The notes beneath the pieces were generated by a model, which saw only the letters and a list, made by a program, of their open reading frames with translations, was not told the DNA's origin and did no database searches. Both the position numbers and the translations under genes were made by a program. Source: Psammoneis japonica (lineage: Eukaryota). From it: a stretch of DNA of 64,000 bases. Location: positions 1-64,000 of the forward strand of contig QPGO01000247.1 of NCBI GenBank assembly GCA_008632985.1, in the 5' to 3' direction. This document shows positions 1-14,047 of this stretch, piece by piece (within the stretch, counting starts at the first letter, position 1; each line of letters starts with the position of its first letter).

Positions 1-212
1 GTATCGAGATCCAACCCAGGAAAGGCATCCATAGTAGGAGGAGCCTCTTGCTGTATTTTCCTTTGTGGAACTGCAGCTGGATCACGAAAGGTTGGAAGGT
101 CGTGCTTTTTCTTTGGCCGATTTGCAGTGGCCGCAGCAACAGCGGCATCGAGATCAAAGTTCTCGAGGAAATCATCGCTTCCAAAAAACCCATCCATTTG
201 TTGCTGAGCCAT
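1..212 (-). CDS. 5' end of a host gene running off the window (MAQQQMDGFFGSDDFLENFDLDAAVAAATANRPKKKHDLP...), product unknown
   Basis: ATG at 212 opens a frame that stays open to the window edge; TpA and CpG content is normal; acidic low-complexity N-terminus. Confidence 0.7.
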   Translation of the reverse strand, partial: MAQQQMDGFFGSDDFLENFDLDAAVAAATANRPKKKHDLPTFRDPAAVPQRKIQQEAPPTMDAFPGLDLD

Positions 213-859
213 GGTGACTGAACTCCGACGTTGAATCGAAAGCGAACCAGGTAGAGGCCGTCGCTGACCCAAGCGATAAAAATGACGTAAGGAAAACGTT
301 GTTTGAAATGCTTTCAATGCCAGACAAGACGGCGTTGACAGAGAGAAATACCAGAAGAGGGTAAGAAGAATCAAAATAGCTCGTCTGTCGATAGCAATCG
401 TCTCAAGCTGATAAACACAAGGCATAAAATATCTCGTCTTTCAATAGCGGTCGTCTTAAGTTGATAACGACAAGACGCAACAACAGAGAGATGCAACACA
501 AACAAAAATGATGCCGCCGGGGCCGTCGACACCCGACACCGCCTCCGCTGTTGCGCGCTTTTTTTCTCTCTGCAATCTTTTTGGCGCGATCGAAATTTAC
601 AGTTTTTTTCTGTTTTCTCCAGTTTTTCTTTTTTCTGATGATTTTTTCGCCCGCGAAATTTTCAGTTGCACAAAAGACAGCATCTGTCTGCCCCTCTACT
701 GCCAGCTCTAGCTGCCATGCCGGTAGAGAGTCGAGAGTGGCTTAGTAGAGAGAGTGGAGATCACAAACCTCAAGACCACATGTCAACAGCCTGTTCCACC
801 GCCTTCACTCTTCCCTCCAAGCTCCAAGCACCCTCATTTTTCTGCGAAAGCCATGACAG

Positions 860-1230
860 AATCAATGTCACCAGCAACAATGACGCAGCGTGTCGGCGCA
901 CTGCTGGGAAACATTTCATCAGCAACTCCTCACAAATGCAGTGCAGTGCCATCATGGAGGAGTGTCTCGGAACCAGTCATGACTCCACGAGCAAACAACA
1001 AAAAAGAACGTTTCGTGTTGCTGCCTCAACATCCACTCATGTTTGGGCACTTGTTGCTGGTGAAATGGGGCAATTTGTCACCAGTTTGATTCTCAACAAA
1101 CTGGGGGTTGGCATCCATGATGTTGCAGTGGCTTGCATTGGTAAAATCAAAGCTCCGAAAAAGACAACAGCAGCAGTGACGATGACAAAAATCCATTCCA
1201 GACAGAAGAAAATGGACGTTGTGCAGTCAA
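860..1230 (+). mobile_element. Degenerate fragment of a DUF6729-like putative DNA transposase
   Basis: GTSHDSTSKQQKR...VWALVAGEMGQFVTSLIL...GVGI resembles the D-S-T-K-K / W-x-x-VGNExGQV block of DUF6729-type elements (recalled, not searched). Confidence 0.35.
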
Positions 1231-1439
1231 CGCAACAGTCGTGCGAGCAAGGGGCAGTTGTCGCGCACAATTTCGCAGGCAGTGCATGTGAAATTCGAGA
1301 TGATTCTGGTGCCGTGTTCAGCATGATGACAGGTTTTTGTTGTCTTCCAGGTGTGGCATCAATGCTTTCTGTGGACTGTCGGTTGGCATGCTGTCTGGAT
1401 GGGTGGGGGTCGATTGAATCGGGGTCTTTCAGTGTCTGC

Positions 1440-2560
1440 AAAGGGACAGACCTGTGCCATGTTCCCACTGCCCGAACTGTGGTGATGCTCATCCTTGCAT
1501 TGACACAGCCGCATGCTTCAGAACATGGCTTTTGCCACTTGTCTGACAGTTTTGATGCCATCTTGTGGTGCATCACCTTGGCTTCCTTGCCAAGCAGTCT
1601 GTCACATGACACAACAAAGGGTGTGAAATGACGGCATTGTTCAAGACAGTGTTTTGGACAGGCATGACTTCGCGTCTGTTTCAGGGGTTCGAACATCCGT
1701 CACCATGTCTGTCCCTTCTGTCCCAAAATCTCATGCCAAGAAGGTCTCCGAGATTGCCATTGTTGGACTTGTTGGAGTTGGTGTTTCCTGGGGAACTGTT
1801 TGGGGGGGTGCTTGAGCTTCCTGTGCTGTGAACAGCAGGGTTGATCAGAGGTTCGTCACGTGCACAGGAAGGTTTGCAAGCCGTGCCCATTGGGTCACCT
1901 GGGTTGTCACGTGCTTCATGAGATGACTGGGCCACCCTTCTTGCACTGAAGAGTGTGATTCATGGTGAATTTGCATCCACATCCATCACAGCACTCCAGG
2001 AGGTCAGGTGGAGCACTGCAATGCCATGGGAAGAGCATGTCACAGAACTCTTGGCACGAGAGTTCTGTGCCATTCAGCATCGAAGGGTGCACTGACAGCC
2101 ATGCTCCAGTCTTGGTGCTGCGCTTGACAGCTCTGGCCTGAAGGCCAGGTGGGGTCCTGAGGATCATTTTGAGGGTCTCCCTGTGTGCTTTAACTTTTCT
2201 GTTGGTTGCTTCCTGCTTCACTTCACGCGTGGTGTCCTTGTGGACTGCAGAGGAGAACTGGGAGCGGCCGTGGAGTGAGTCAATCGTGTGGGAGCACGTG
2301 AGAGCACTTGCTTCACAGTTGTGAGCTGCAGACTCAGTTGGACGAGGGTTGGGTGGTCCCAAAAATTTGATTGGGAGGGCAGATGGGGCTGATCTCTGGT
2401 CGTGGTTGGCTGAGAACTCGCCTGTCAGCACCGGCAGAAAATTGCGCTTCATCACACGTTCCACGTCGGCAAACAATTTGCCACAGTCCTTTGCCAAGCA
2501 CTGGACACAAAGCACAGTTTTGGTTCACTGTTAAGACAATTCTCTGGTGGCACTGGCAAG
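1440..2560 (-). mobile_element. 3' part of a CRE-like non-LTR retrotransposon (zinc finger + restriction-like endonuclease), degenerate
   Basis: GAWLSVHPSMLNGTELS.QEF, CDGCG.KF..H.LQCKKGG, GDLL..RFW, HFTPFVVSCD.LLGKEA, KW.KPCS..CGCVNARMSI. Confidence 0.85.
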
Positions 2561-2659
2561 TCACACTTTTGCACAGCTCAGCAACAGCAGCAGTGGAGCA
2601 AAAAGCACGGTGATTCAACCCATGAAAATGTCAATGGCTCCACCAATCATTCCAGAGTC

Positions 2660-3922
2660 TTTGTTCTCTGAGGTGTGGACGGTTCACCCAGTTGTTTGCA
2701 TTGACACCAGGTGGATCAAGAACGTGTCATTTCCAAAACTCAAAGTGGCCCCACACAACTTTGTGTCCAAGACAGAAGACTTTGATGCAGACATGCCAAT
2801 GCCTTGTGTCGAGCATGTCACCTTTGCATCAAACAATGAATTGGTCACAGTCAATGCAGTGTGGAGTGAAAACTTGGTGGTGTTGCACCCCACATTCTTG
2901 TGGGTGACAGAAACAGAAGGGCTCTCTCAGGACCTGTTCACACCTTAAAATTTTGGACAAAGTCATCAGAAAGAGCTGGTGCCAGAGATGCTTCCTCCTT
3001 TGCATTGTCAGCATCCATGACCAACCCTCATGGACAAGGAAATGCCGTCACATCCATGGCAATGTCCAGCTGTGGCTCTTTTGTGGCAACTGCAAGCAAT
3101 GATGAAAATGGCTTTCAGATGTGGCACAAGGGAAAAGCCGACAAAAGTGATGACAACGACAAAACAACATGGGTTCGTCAGCACAAGATTGCCGTTCCCA
3201 GCGGGTTTTCTAACTTTGGCACAAGCCCCAATGGCACTCCCTTTTCTTCAGATGGGTCTTCATTGGTGACAGCATTTGGACACATGGCGATGTTGTGGGA
3301 TCACACAAACACCACAATGCTGCACTCATCAAGACATTTGGATGGCAGTTTCTTTCTGTCACCAATGTGCCAAACAGAGTCAAGTCATCCTTTTAGATGT
3401 GGTGACAGGCATGCCCCGGACGACACGGCAAGAAGAAAAGTCAATGACATGGTTTCTTGACAGACATGTTCATGCAATCAGTGTCGATGCAGCAGTCCTC
3501 TGCCTGGACACCAGCATCTCCCACTGCCACAGAAGCACCCATTTTGAACAAGGCGGCACCATTGATCAACCTGCATGCATTGATGAGCAATGGAGAAATC
3601 CTTTTGCCAGAGGGGGGGGCATTCTGCCAGTGACACAAAGCTTGTTGGGAGCTTGTCCAAGAAACAACAAAGCATGTTGTCATCAACAGATGTGCAAGTG
3701 ACAAATGTCAGCAACACACAGACACTTGCAGAGATGACATCCTTGTTGCTCAATGATGACAGCACTGTCAGAGAGCAAGCCTCAAGCACATCATTTGGAA
3801 TGTTTGCAACTGAACTTGGGCCGTCATCCGCAGCTTTAGCAACAAACGATTTGCCTGCTTTGAGCACTGCTTCTGCACACAGCTTGGCAGGCAGGAAGCG
3901 TGTCCACTCCTCCAGGCAGTGA
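2660..3922 (+). pseudogene. Fragment of a WD40 gene resembling WDR75/Utp17, frameshifted and TpA-depleted
   Basis: VAPHNFVSKTE...VEHVTF...LVTV, TLKFW, MTNPHG...VTSMAMSSCGSFVATASNDE.GF..W, FSSDGSSLVTAFGH...LWD spread over several frames. Confidence 0.65.
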
Positions 3923-4399
3923 AATGGACAGAGAAAAGGACAGTGCAGACCAGCGACACCTTCTCATGGGCACTTGTGGTCAATGCGATTGTGTTTTCTT
4001 TGCACTTGCTGGGCTGCACTGCAAGAGATTTCTCCTTTCCTAAACTGTTGGAGCAATCGCAGCAAAAGACACCGAGTCTGGCACTTGTCAAAGTGCCAGC
4101 GCCAATTTGCTTGTCAGAGAAGGATGAACGTTCTCCGCACAACTGACTCTTGGGCCCAGACCATGTGAATGCCAGTTGCAAGCAAGGCTTTGGCAATGGA
4201 GAGCTTGTCACACATTGGGACATTCAGGCAAAGGTCAACACGGACAATTGAAGCCAAGATGCAACAACCATGTCATCAATGAGATTCACCACAAAGAATC
4301 AACTGAGCTCAATTTCACATTTCTGACCTGCATCCAAACCAATTCTCCCACGAGATCCATTCTTGTTTGAACTCAAGATCAGGACAAAAGGGAAGACAG

Positions 4400-5560
4400 C
4401 TCACCCATTCATGCAGTTGTTCATTGCTTCCAAGTTGTCCTTCTGCTTTGTGAGTGTTGTGCAGCCCTCCTCAGCATGCAAAGAGAGCGTTTGGGCCAAC
4501 TTGCATTTTTGGGCAACTGATGAGCTCCTGCCTTGAGAAGACCGCATGAGAGAAGCACCCACCTCTTGGCAGTGGCAGACATTGAGCCCAATGTTGCACA
4601 TCTGACATTGAGCAAGAGAAGGAAAGTCCCAAAAACACAATTGAGAGGGTGGATGGAGCTGACATTGTGTTGTCGTTGCTCAGCCAAAGTCTTGCCAATC
4701 AGCTTGGGAAGACAGCTGCATTGCATCAAAAGCTCTGCTCCTGGGAATGATTTGCAGCAGTCCTTGACTGCACATTGGGTGCGCTGCTGCTGGTGCTGTG
4801 TGGGGACTTCTTCAGACTGGTGCGGGCAGTCTGAGGGTGGCAACTCACAATCTTGGTGTGAGTCTCTGGATGCCCGAGGTCCACAACTTGGCTTTTTCTC
4901 ACCAGCCAACAGTCCCGTGTGTCTGTCTCACCAACAAAGCCATTTTTGATGGTGAACCCAAAATCTCCAAAGCATGCTTTGGCATTTTCCAGGTTGCATT
5001 CTGGGACTGCCAGAATGTTCTTGGAGTTGTTGGTGGGGCAGCATCTGTGCTTGGGGGGGGGGGGGGTGGCTCTCAAAGAGTGAAGAAAAAGTCCCAAGGG
5101 TTTCAAATTGTTGTGCTGCAGCCAAGTCATCAGTGTGCCAAGGGGTGAATGTGTGCTGGAAGAGCTCACTCATCTTGTGGACTGGTGGAAGAAGTCCCAG
5201 TCCACAAGCTGCCATGCCAAGTGGGTTGTCCTGTGTCATGCCTTCTCTGCTGAACAGCACAAAGGTGGTGCCAATGTGTCCATGGATGATCAAGATGCTC
5301 CAATGCTTGCAACAGTTCTTGAGTGTGAATCTTGTGACGGATGGCCACAGGTGTCTAATGTTGAGGGGCACTGGTGTCCTGTTCTCCTCACTGAAGTCAC
5401 TGGAGGCATCAACAAAAAGAAATCTGCAGTCATCTTCAAATTTGTGTTGCTTCCAGCACATGTTCATTGCACGAATTGTGCCTTCAATGCCCACTTCAAG
5501 TCCAGCACACCGCCAATCTATCTCACAGGCTTTGTGCACAGACAAATGCATGCAAATGAA
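4400..5560 (-). mobile_element. Reverse transcriptase region of a second CRE-like non-LTR retrotransposon, degenerate
   Basis: CAGLEVGIEG, FLFVDA, RHLWPS..RF..NCCKHW, SREGMTQDNPLGMAACG, PWHTDD (expected PWYADD). Confidence 0.85.
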
Positions 5561-5799
5561 GCATCAGTTGACAACAAGTCAAAAGATTGTCAATGTGGGG
5601 GTGCTGGTGGGGTTGGATGCTCACAAAACACACAAACACAACAAAGCGCCAATCATGTCAGTTGCCAACAACAGCCACATTGACAAAAGGAAAGGCAAGC
5701 ACAAACTTGCTTCTCTTGATCATTCCAGTGCTTTCAATGATTGTTGCAGTGCTTGTGTCAGGCTTCAACCAGCTGTGGTGTCTTTTAAAACCTCAGCAT

Positions 5800-7700
5800 G
5801 ATTGCATGATTGACCTCCCGGGGAGCTCTTGTGCAGGAATGATGAGCATTGGGCAACAGACCACCAATCCCAAGACACAGACCTTCATCCCAACTAATTT
5901 TTCACCAATGGAGAGTGACATTCGTTGGGTCTGTGGGCATGCCTGACCATCCTCCTTGATCATGGACCCACTTTTGTTGGGTGTCTCTCATTTGCTGCAT
6001 TTGGTCTCCCTGGTTGTCATGGACTCCTTGTTGTCCACAGCACTGTTGTTTCACTTGCCAGTTTCACCCAGCTCACCCTTGGATCCTTCATTCTTGGCAA
6101 TTTTCAGAGTGGCCCTCTGGACAACCCCATCTTGGTTGCCATCTGCCACACACCATTTTCTTTCCCAGGATCAGCACATTTGTTAGACTTGCTCAGCTGT
6201 TCACTGGAGAAATGGGCATCTTCAGGTGCATTTGCCACAACTTCAGTCCAAAGATTGGTCTTTCCTGGGCATGTGTCTCTTCATGTGGCTCATGATGATG
6301 ATGCTCTAACTCATTGTGCAACTTTCCCATGTTCCCGGCAGACTCTTGAGCTTGTGCTTCTTTTGGTTTTGCCATTGTGGCTGCATGCCTTGATTTTAAG
6401 ATGTGCAACACACCACCAGTCATCAACCCCAGCTGCTGGGGGCTCCCCAATGACAAGACTGCAGACTCTGACACCAAACAAAATGCAGACATTGAACTCA
6501 GAGATGACTGAAGGGCCTGTCTCCCTTGCGAGCTTTGGCCAGCCATTGCAGCACCCTGCCCAAATTGTCCACGCACAATCTTTGACATGTCCTGAGACCA
6601 TTTTGCAGGGATGGTTGTCATGTCACAGTCTGCAACAATCACTTTGTGGAGAATTGCACTGCCGCTGAAAATCTTGCACCAGTCTGATGTCTCAAGCACT
6701 GCTCATCCCATGTCCCAAGCACTGCTTGTCCCTTTTCTGCCACAGAAGCTGACATTCTCCTTTGAGCAATGTGCTCAACAGTCAATGTTGGCTGGCATTT
6801 TCCTCTCTGTGGCACAGCCAAGGGGTTGGTTGGAGTCAAACTGGGATCCAATGAACTGCCAGGACAGCACATGGCCAATTGTTTGGTGTTGTTGGCATGG
6901 GCAGGGGGGGGGTTCTTCATTGCTGCTGTCAACAGTTCTTGAAGACTGACGCAAATGCTTGGAACAGACACAGCCTCTCTCTCCACATTGGATGCCACCA
7001 ATTTGCTGCTCATGCAATTTTGATGTTTCTTTCAAGCACAACTTGATTGCCATGATGTTTTCCACAATCAAAATTTTGTTGGGTTTGACTGAGATGGGAT
7101 CACAGCCAGCAGAACCACATTGTCACAGTCTTTTTCAAGCAAGGGCAAATGACAAGGAGAAAGTTGCATTTGGGCCCACCGAAGGATGCCACAGCTGCCA
7201 AGAGAGTCCATCCTTCATTTGAATCTTTTCAATGTTGGCACCCAAATGTCATTTTGGCTCACCTTCACTTCCAGGTTTGGCGCAGCACAATCAAAACATC
7301 ACAATCATAAACCAAAAGCATCTCACAGTGCTCATGAACATCTGGACATGTTGCTGTGCAAATCCAAACATCCAGATCTGCCACCAGCCACAGACTGGAA
7401 ACCTGAGTCTCAAATGATTGAAGTGAGATGCATCCTCCAGGAACAACCAGCACTCTTCAAACCACATGCAAAGCTCACACAACAATCAGCATTTTGCCTT
7501 TGTTTTCACCACATTTGGGACCACCTTCAAACCACATCTTTTCAGCACACAGATTCAAGTGCACATTCTTCAAGTTAACAGCAGCAATGTCCACATCATT
7601 CAATGCAGCCAACAACACACAAATTCAAACATTGTCCTTTGAAACAACACTTGAACATGTGATGCCAGCTGGGCCACAAATCATGCCTTCCTCGTGAAAT
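5800..7700 (-). mobile_element. Highly decayed TE-like coding remnant, possibly a LINE 3' region
   Basis: Same TpA/CpG-depleted composition as neighbouring TEs; no diagnostic motif recovered with certainty. Confidence 0.3.
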
Positions 7701-10184
7701 CCATTTTGGTGTCAAATTCCAAGTGACATTTGATCTCTTGATGGCCAATCATGCTTGGGTTCTTGCCTTCTCTGTCTGTTGCGGGGTGTGACCATCTTCT
7801 TCATTCCATGCCACCTTGACTTCAGACATTTCATTGTTGACAGCCTTCCTCCAAAAATCAATCCCCATCTCTGTCAATTTTACAGATTTTTCTTGCCACT
7901 TTTTGGCAGTCTGATCCCAAGCCTGTGAGTGGCATGCCAACACCTTGACTTGACCTGTGAAAGCATGCGGTTTCCATTTTGTGGCACTTGAGGAATCCAC
8001 CAAGCAAAAGCCAGTTTGTCAACTGTCCAATTTGCAACCATGCACTCTGCTGACTCAACCGGATTGGATGCTTTCAATTGTTCTTTGAGTTTGATCAATT
8101 GTGTTGACCCATCCTTCCACAGTGCCAGCAGCTCCCAACCTTGAGCACTCACTTTGTGCCTTTCTTGCCCACTCTTGGTCTCAATCAAACTGTCTGAGAT
8201 GGAAATGGCCAAACCGTTGCTCCAATGGTCTTGAATCTCTTCCAAGATGGAACAACGATGCCCAGCATTGCCCACCTGCTCAAATGTGTTCTCGGCAATG
8301 ACACCGGCAGTGCACTCATCTACAGTGCCATCAGCACAGGTGATTTCACACTTGCATGTGTCAAAAACAGGATCAGAGTGCCCACAACCAATTGGCTGAC
8401 CATCCAGGCCTCATGCACACTTTGTGACAGCTCTTTTTTGCTCTGCATCAGTGCCAACATCAAAATCAAGCTCCACACCCAAAAACTTGTCAACAGCTTC
8501 TTCATCATCATCTTCCAGTCTTTCATCCAACAACAAGTTTTCGCACTCTTGATCAGTTGGTGCAAGGTTGTCATCATGTGAAACACCAGGATTCTTGTCC
8601 CCAGATGACATCATCCAACACAAAAGCAAACTGGTCCTTGAGGACAAAGTTGAAACTCATTGTCGTTCAGTCTGTTCTCAAGTTTGACATTGAAATCTTT
8701 GATCTTCTTTGTGACATTAGGGCTCACACAATCATCACAGATCACATGCTCAGCTGAAGTTTTTGAAACCAATGTCCACTCTCAGGAGTGATCAACCAAT
8801 GGCACACATCCAAGCCTGCCTTGTGAGATGCACACAACCATTGTCCCAATCAAGTTGGATCATCAGCAATGTTGGGTTTGTCGAGTTGATCCCACCACCA
8901 AACAAGATCACAGAATTAAAAACCAAGGTGTTCTCCAATTTCCAGTGTCTGTCCTGTGACCTCTTTGCAACCGGCTCTTTTGCACTTTCCATGCAACATG
9001 TGCAACAGCAACTTGGCTTTGCTTTCTTCTTTTGGTCATTTGCAGCTGCCCACCTCTTTCCAAGGAATCCCATCTCATGTTCTGCTGCATGATTTTGATT
9101 TTTCCTTCCTTGTTCAGAGACTTGCAATTTGATCATCATTTGATGTGCATGCTCAATGAAATCAGTCTGGCTGCCAGCAAACTCTCCTGCTCCATCCATT
9201 GTCAAGCATTCTTGGGCACCAACATCATGTGCAAAGTTAACAAGCAATTGACCGGCCTCGGAACAAGCACCCATCAGATGAACCTTCACAAATTTCCCTT
9301 GCACAACCACATTTGCACAAGTGTTGCCAAGAATTGATTTGACTTTTGCCAACGCAGCATCCACAAAACAAGTTCCCTTGAGTCTCAGTCTGTGCAAATC
9401 CAAGTGATCAACCCTCGTGCATCTCAACATGGGCTGAGCAGATGTCTGCACAACTCACTGAGCAGTTGCTTTCAAGGCATCTTGAGCACTTTTGAGTCCA
9501 ATGTTCCACTTTCTTGCCATCTGCTCTGCCATCACTGCAGAATGCCTCATGTTGCTGTTGAGTTCTTTTGCTTCCAATTTGTCAATGTCATTCTGAAATG
9601 CACAAGCAACTCACACCGACAAAATCATGTTGTCACAAAATGACTGCAAAGCACAAACCAGAAACAAGTGCTCTGATTCATGTTTGACTTCACTCCATTC
9701 CACTGCCTTCAACTCAGATCTCTCATGATGCAACTCAGATGTTTGGACTTGTCTCATGCCTGAAGTTAACGAATGAACAGTCTTCATGTCTCACTTTGTT
9801 TGACAGCACAACTGCCAAAGCTCAAATCAATGTTGACTGGATCCCATGTGCTGCCAGCAAGAAGAGCAACTGGCAATTTTTGTTCTTCCCATTCAGTTGG
9901 GACATGAGATTCAAAGCATGCAACTGTCCCTGTGGCATGAAAGGAGACAAAATCTTTGTCTGCCTGAGCACCAAATGCATCTCAGGGACCAAACTGATCA
10001 TCGCCAACCGGGATGTGATGCACACAAAAATGATTGTGATTTGTCAAAGAATGATCCAATGCAGCACCAAACCAGCCCACAACATTTGATCACCAACGAG
10101 CAAGTGTTCAATGCTTGAAGTCTGTCTGATCCATCCATGCAGTGCAACAATGGGCAATCAGCACTTCCTTCACTGAGTTGCACG

Positions 10185-10398
10185 AATCCAAAAATGGGCT
10201 GACCTTGCAAATCACCACATTCAAAATCTCCATCAGCTGCCAATTTGCTCCAGCAAAACAAGTGTCTGCATGGGTGTCACATTCATTGAGTTGCGCAAAT
10301 CCAAAAATGGGCTGACCTTGCAAATCACATTCAAAATCTCCATCAGCTTCCAATTTGCTCCAGCAAAACAAGTGTCTGCATGGGTGTCACATTCATTG
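10185..10398. repeat. Tandem duplication (~105-113 bp unit) covering the Copia protease active site
   Basis: aatccaaaaatgggctgaccttgcaaatc...gtcacattcattg occurs at ~10185 and ~10298. Confidence 0.9.
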
Positions 10399-10985
10399 TT
10401 TGCACAGTGACCAGATTTTGTTGAGTGTTTGCTCAAATTCACTGCAGCAATGGAACAAACAGCTCTCTTTAAGACAACAGAAATTTCTTTTTGTGCACAA
10501 AAACACTCAAAATTCTTTGGGTGGGGTTTGTGCCAACACAACCAAATAAGATGAGACATGCAAATGATCCAAAGCAAGGGTGCCATCACCAACATTGACA
10601 CCCCACACCATCAGAGGCAAGAAAAAGCTCTGTGTGACCAAAAACAGAGCCATCGCAACCACCCTTGTCACCAAGATTGCGTCCAGCAGCTGAGTCATTG
10701 GCAGGAGTCTCAGAATCATCCTTTGACTCAACTTGAGCCCCAGCTTCTTGGATGTCACATCCTCCACATCATCCTTGATGACCTCTGCCATGTCCTGGAC
10801 CTTGACCTTGCATCCTTTTGCATGCTTGGACCACATGCTCATGACCACCACCGTTAAAATGCAAATGACCCCACTCATTGGGAGAAAAATGGTGTGCATT
10901 GGATTGGAGACATCAACTCCATTGACAGCATTGGTGTGCTGATTTGAGTTAACCCTTCCAGGTCCACAACCACCTTGACCACCTC

Positions 10986-11695
10986 TGTCAAATTGTCCCC
11001 ATCTGCCATGACCACAACCAGGAGTTCTGTGAGTGACATCCAAAATCTTTCTCTTCTAAAAACAATGAGCCTCAAGCTGAGCTCCTTCATGCAACCAGGA
11101 CACTTGGGATGAGAAACAAGCATCAGCTCCTGAGAAGTCACTTGCTTGTCTCTGACTGATGGCTGCTTTGCTGGCTGCCACCTTGGCATCAGTTGTCTGA
11201 GTGCAGCACAGCAGCGCTTCAACATTCTGACATTCCGAGTGTCTCAAGTCAGGGTCTTGGTCAAGAGCAATGAGTGCCTTTGTGAGCCTTTTGGCAAGCC
11301 TTTCATCAAATGGATGTGCCCTCTCCTTCTTGAACCATTTTGTCAAATTGTCCCCATCTGCCATGACCACGACCAGGAGTTCTGTGAGCGACATCCAAAA
11401 TCTTTCTCTTCTAAAAACAATGAGCCTCAAGCTGAGCTCCTTCATGCAACCAGGACACTTGGGATGAGAAACAAGCATCAGCTCCTGAGAAGTCACTTGC
11501 TTGTCTCTGACTGATGGCTGCTTTGCTGGCTGCCACCTTGGCATCAGTTGTCTGAGTGCAACACAGCAGCGCTTCAACATTCTGACATTCCGAGTGTCTC
11601 AAGTCAGGGTCTTTGTCAAGAGCAATGAGTGCCTTTGTGAGCCTTTTGGCAAGCCTTTCATCAAATGGATGTGCCCTCTCCTTCTTGAACCATTT
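10986..11695. repeat. Tandem duplication, 2 x 355 bp, near-identical, within Copia gag
   Basis: Units 10986-11340 and 11341-11695; the translations repeat in the ORF track. Confidence 0.95.
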
Positions 11696-13449
11696 TGTTG
11701 ACACTCCCAGCCAAAGCAGTGTGCTTGCTCCATTGTGATGATCGGCCCAAGACCAAAAAGCATCATGACCATTCTCTGAAGCATCAAACTGAGAAATCCA
11801 TGCCCAACCACCAGGGGCATTGACCAGACATTCTTTGATCATGCAACACACCTGACAATTGTCTTCATCACAAGCAGATCCAACAAGTGGTGGCTGGCAC
11901 ATGCAATGCTTTTTCTTTGTTCACAAAATTGGCTGGTGCAATGTTTTTTTTGTGACAACAAGTTCAAGAATGCATTCTCATGCAAATCACAATCCTCAGG
12001 CTTGAACTTTGCCAAGTCACTGACCAAAACAGCAGTGCTCTCCCTTTCTTTCTTGACAAGCTTCATTTCACCAGCAGCAGCAGTTGCCAAAGCATTTGCA
12101 GTTGCATCAGCAGCTGCCATTGCTTGACCATGAGATGCTGCCTGTCATGAATCTGCCAAACTGGCACCTGCACACATTCAATTTTGAAAAGCTGCAAGGC
12201 ACACATGCCCTTCAACATTGGTGTGCTGAGCTGCCAAATGCTTGGCCATCTCTGTTGCATCAGCATCAGAGTCCCCAACTCCAGTGTCCTCAAGTGTCTG
12301 AAAACCTTCATTTGTGACAATCAAGCAAACATGCTGAACCAGCAAATTCACTCCACATGTCTGCAATGTGGCACCCACATCAGGTGACACAGCTGCCCTC
12401 TGTTGTGTGACAAGATCACACTCCACACAGACCCAAACAAGTGGAAATTTGTCAAAGTCATGAGAGAGAAATTTGCAGAACAATTCACATGAGTGGCAAT
12501 TCTTGGCATGTGTTCTGAACACTGCATTTCCACACAGTGAGAATGCTGCAAGAACAGAGTTGAAAAACTGACCAGCACTGTGAGCTGATCAAACTCAACG
12601 CCATTTCATCTGAGGAACAAATGGTTGTTCTGGACACAGTCCAACATGTCACTGATCTGCACCCTTGTTCATGCAGAAAACAAATGTTCATGCAAATGCA
12701 TGTGCCAGAGGCCATTCAAGTCCATGTTGCATTGAAAAATTTAGTTCTCACATTTCTGCCACCCAATGCCCATGACCTTGCTGTTGCGCTCTCTTGACAC
12801 CATTTGGCTGCTTCCAATGGACCACTTTCTCACCCATGCACTCAACACATGTCTTGGCTCTGACAAAACAAATGGCAAATTTGCCAGACTTGCCTTTCAG
12901 TGAACAAAACAAGCCCAGAAACTGGCAAAGAACAATCAACTGCAGTTGTCACGATTGCAAATTCTGAGTTGGACCACAATGAAGTGACACAAAGAACAAC
13001 CCATGACACCAACAGACACCAGACAGATCCTTTCTAAATGTGCGATTGCTGACAGACAGCCAGATTGTCACAATTTGTTCATTGGGTGTGGTGATGTCAT
13101 GGGGGTTTGCACAGGGGAGGCACAAAGCAAAGCAAGTCTGGAGTCTTTCTTGCTTTGTCACCTCCAAGATTGTGACTTGGATGATGAGATGGAGGAGCAG
13201 ATGAACTCTAGATCAATTCCTTGATCCCTTTTGCTCACTGTGCCAGGGACCCACACCTTTGCGGCCTGGAAAACTGACGGTGATCACATGAAGAACTTGA
13301 AGCAGCACTGCGCCGGTGTGCCCTGCGGACCCAACCCTGTCGGGTCTGACTGGAAATCCAACAGTTGTGCTCCTCTCCCTCGGGGTGAGTGTGAGTGAGT
13401 CATTGGTGACTTCTTTTGCATTTTTTCATTTTTAGATGCCGTTCTCTGG

Positions 13450-13792
13450 GGCGTTCCTCCTAAAGTTTTGTGGCCCAGCCAGCCAAAAGACCGTGAAGGT
13501 CGTCAGTGCCAGGTCTGTGTCGTGACGCACTTTTCCTCGAGATTGTCGTCAATGGTGCCATGGATGACCTGATTCAAATTCTTAACTTATTGACAGGAAA
13601 GTGGCGCCACAGTGAGACAATCCCATCCCCACTCAAATGACGAAGAAGTCTGGGGGAGAGAACAGGTTTTAATGTCATCATTTGAAAGGAAATTCTCACA
13701 GATTTTGACACCGTCACTCGAATCATAGGCGCACGTAGGCTCGATAGCAACAACGGCTGAAACAAGCAGGGGATGAGGTTCACAAGCTTCAT
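13450..13792 (-). pseudogene. Truncated, frameshifted paralog of the secreted oxygenase-like genes
   Basis: MKLVNLIP / SAVVAIEPTCAYDSSDGVKICENFLSNDDI...VKNLNQVIHGT aligns with 29647-30426 (MKFVNLTP...SAVVAIEPTCASDSSGGVKVFENFFSNEDI...VQNLNRVVHGT). Confidence 0.85.
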
Positions 13793-14047
13793 TGTAGCGC
13801 TACAGTAGAGGGAGTTTTTGTGTTGCGGATATTTCAATGTGCAATCCGTAGCTTTGGCAAAATTCGGTTCGGGAAGTTGACATTGATCATGTCCTAATGC
13901 TAGTTAAATAAAACGTGACACAGAGAAGATAATCCATAGATGCCATTTCTATCATGTGACTGGAGCATACGTTTTTCTCAGAGTAACAACAACGTCGTCA
14001 TTCAGACATCAATGTAGCAAAATCGTAACGTAGCTGTGCTTGTCGTA

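Larger units (their letters stand above)
7700..12500 (-). mobile_element. Decayed diatom-type Ty1/Copia (CoDi) element: gag, protease, integrase; truncated at the start of RT
   Basis: Protease ECDTHADTCFAGAN; integrase LTMDGAGEF...SEQGRKNQNHAAE; CoDi-typical GWELLALWKDGS..I.LK.LKASNPVE.AE...AFAWW.P...VKSRCW..TH..GIRLPKS. Confidence 0.88.

Noticed and set aside
720..760. tagtagagag motif here and at ~62810 as ends of one giant element
   Set aside because: The match is short and low-complexity, with no TSD or extended similarity
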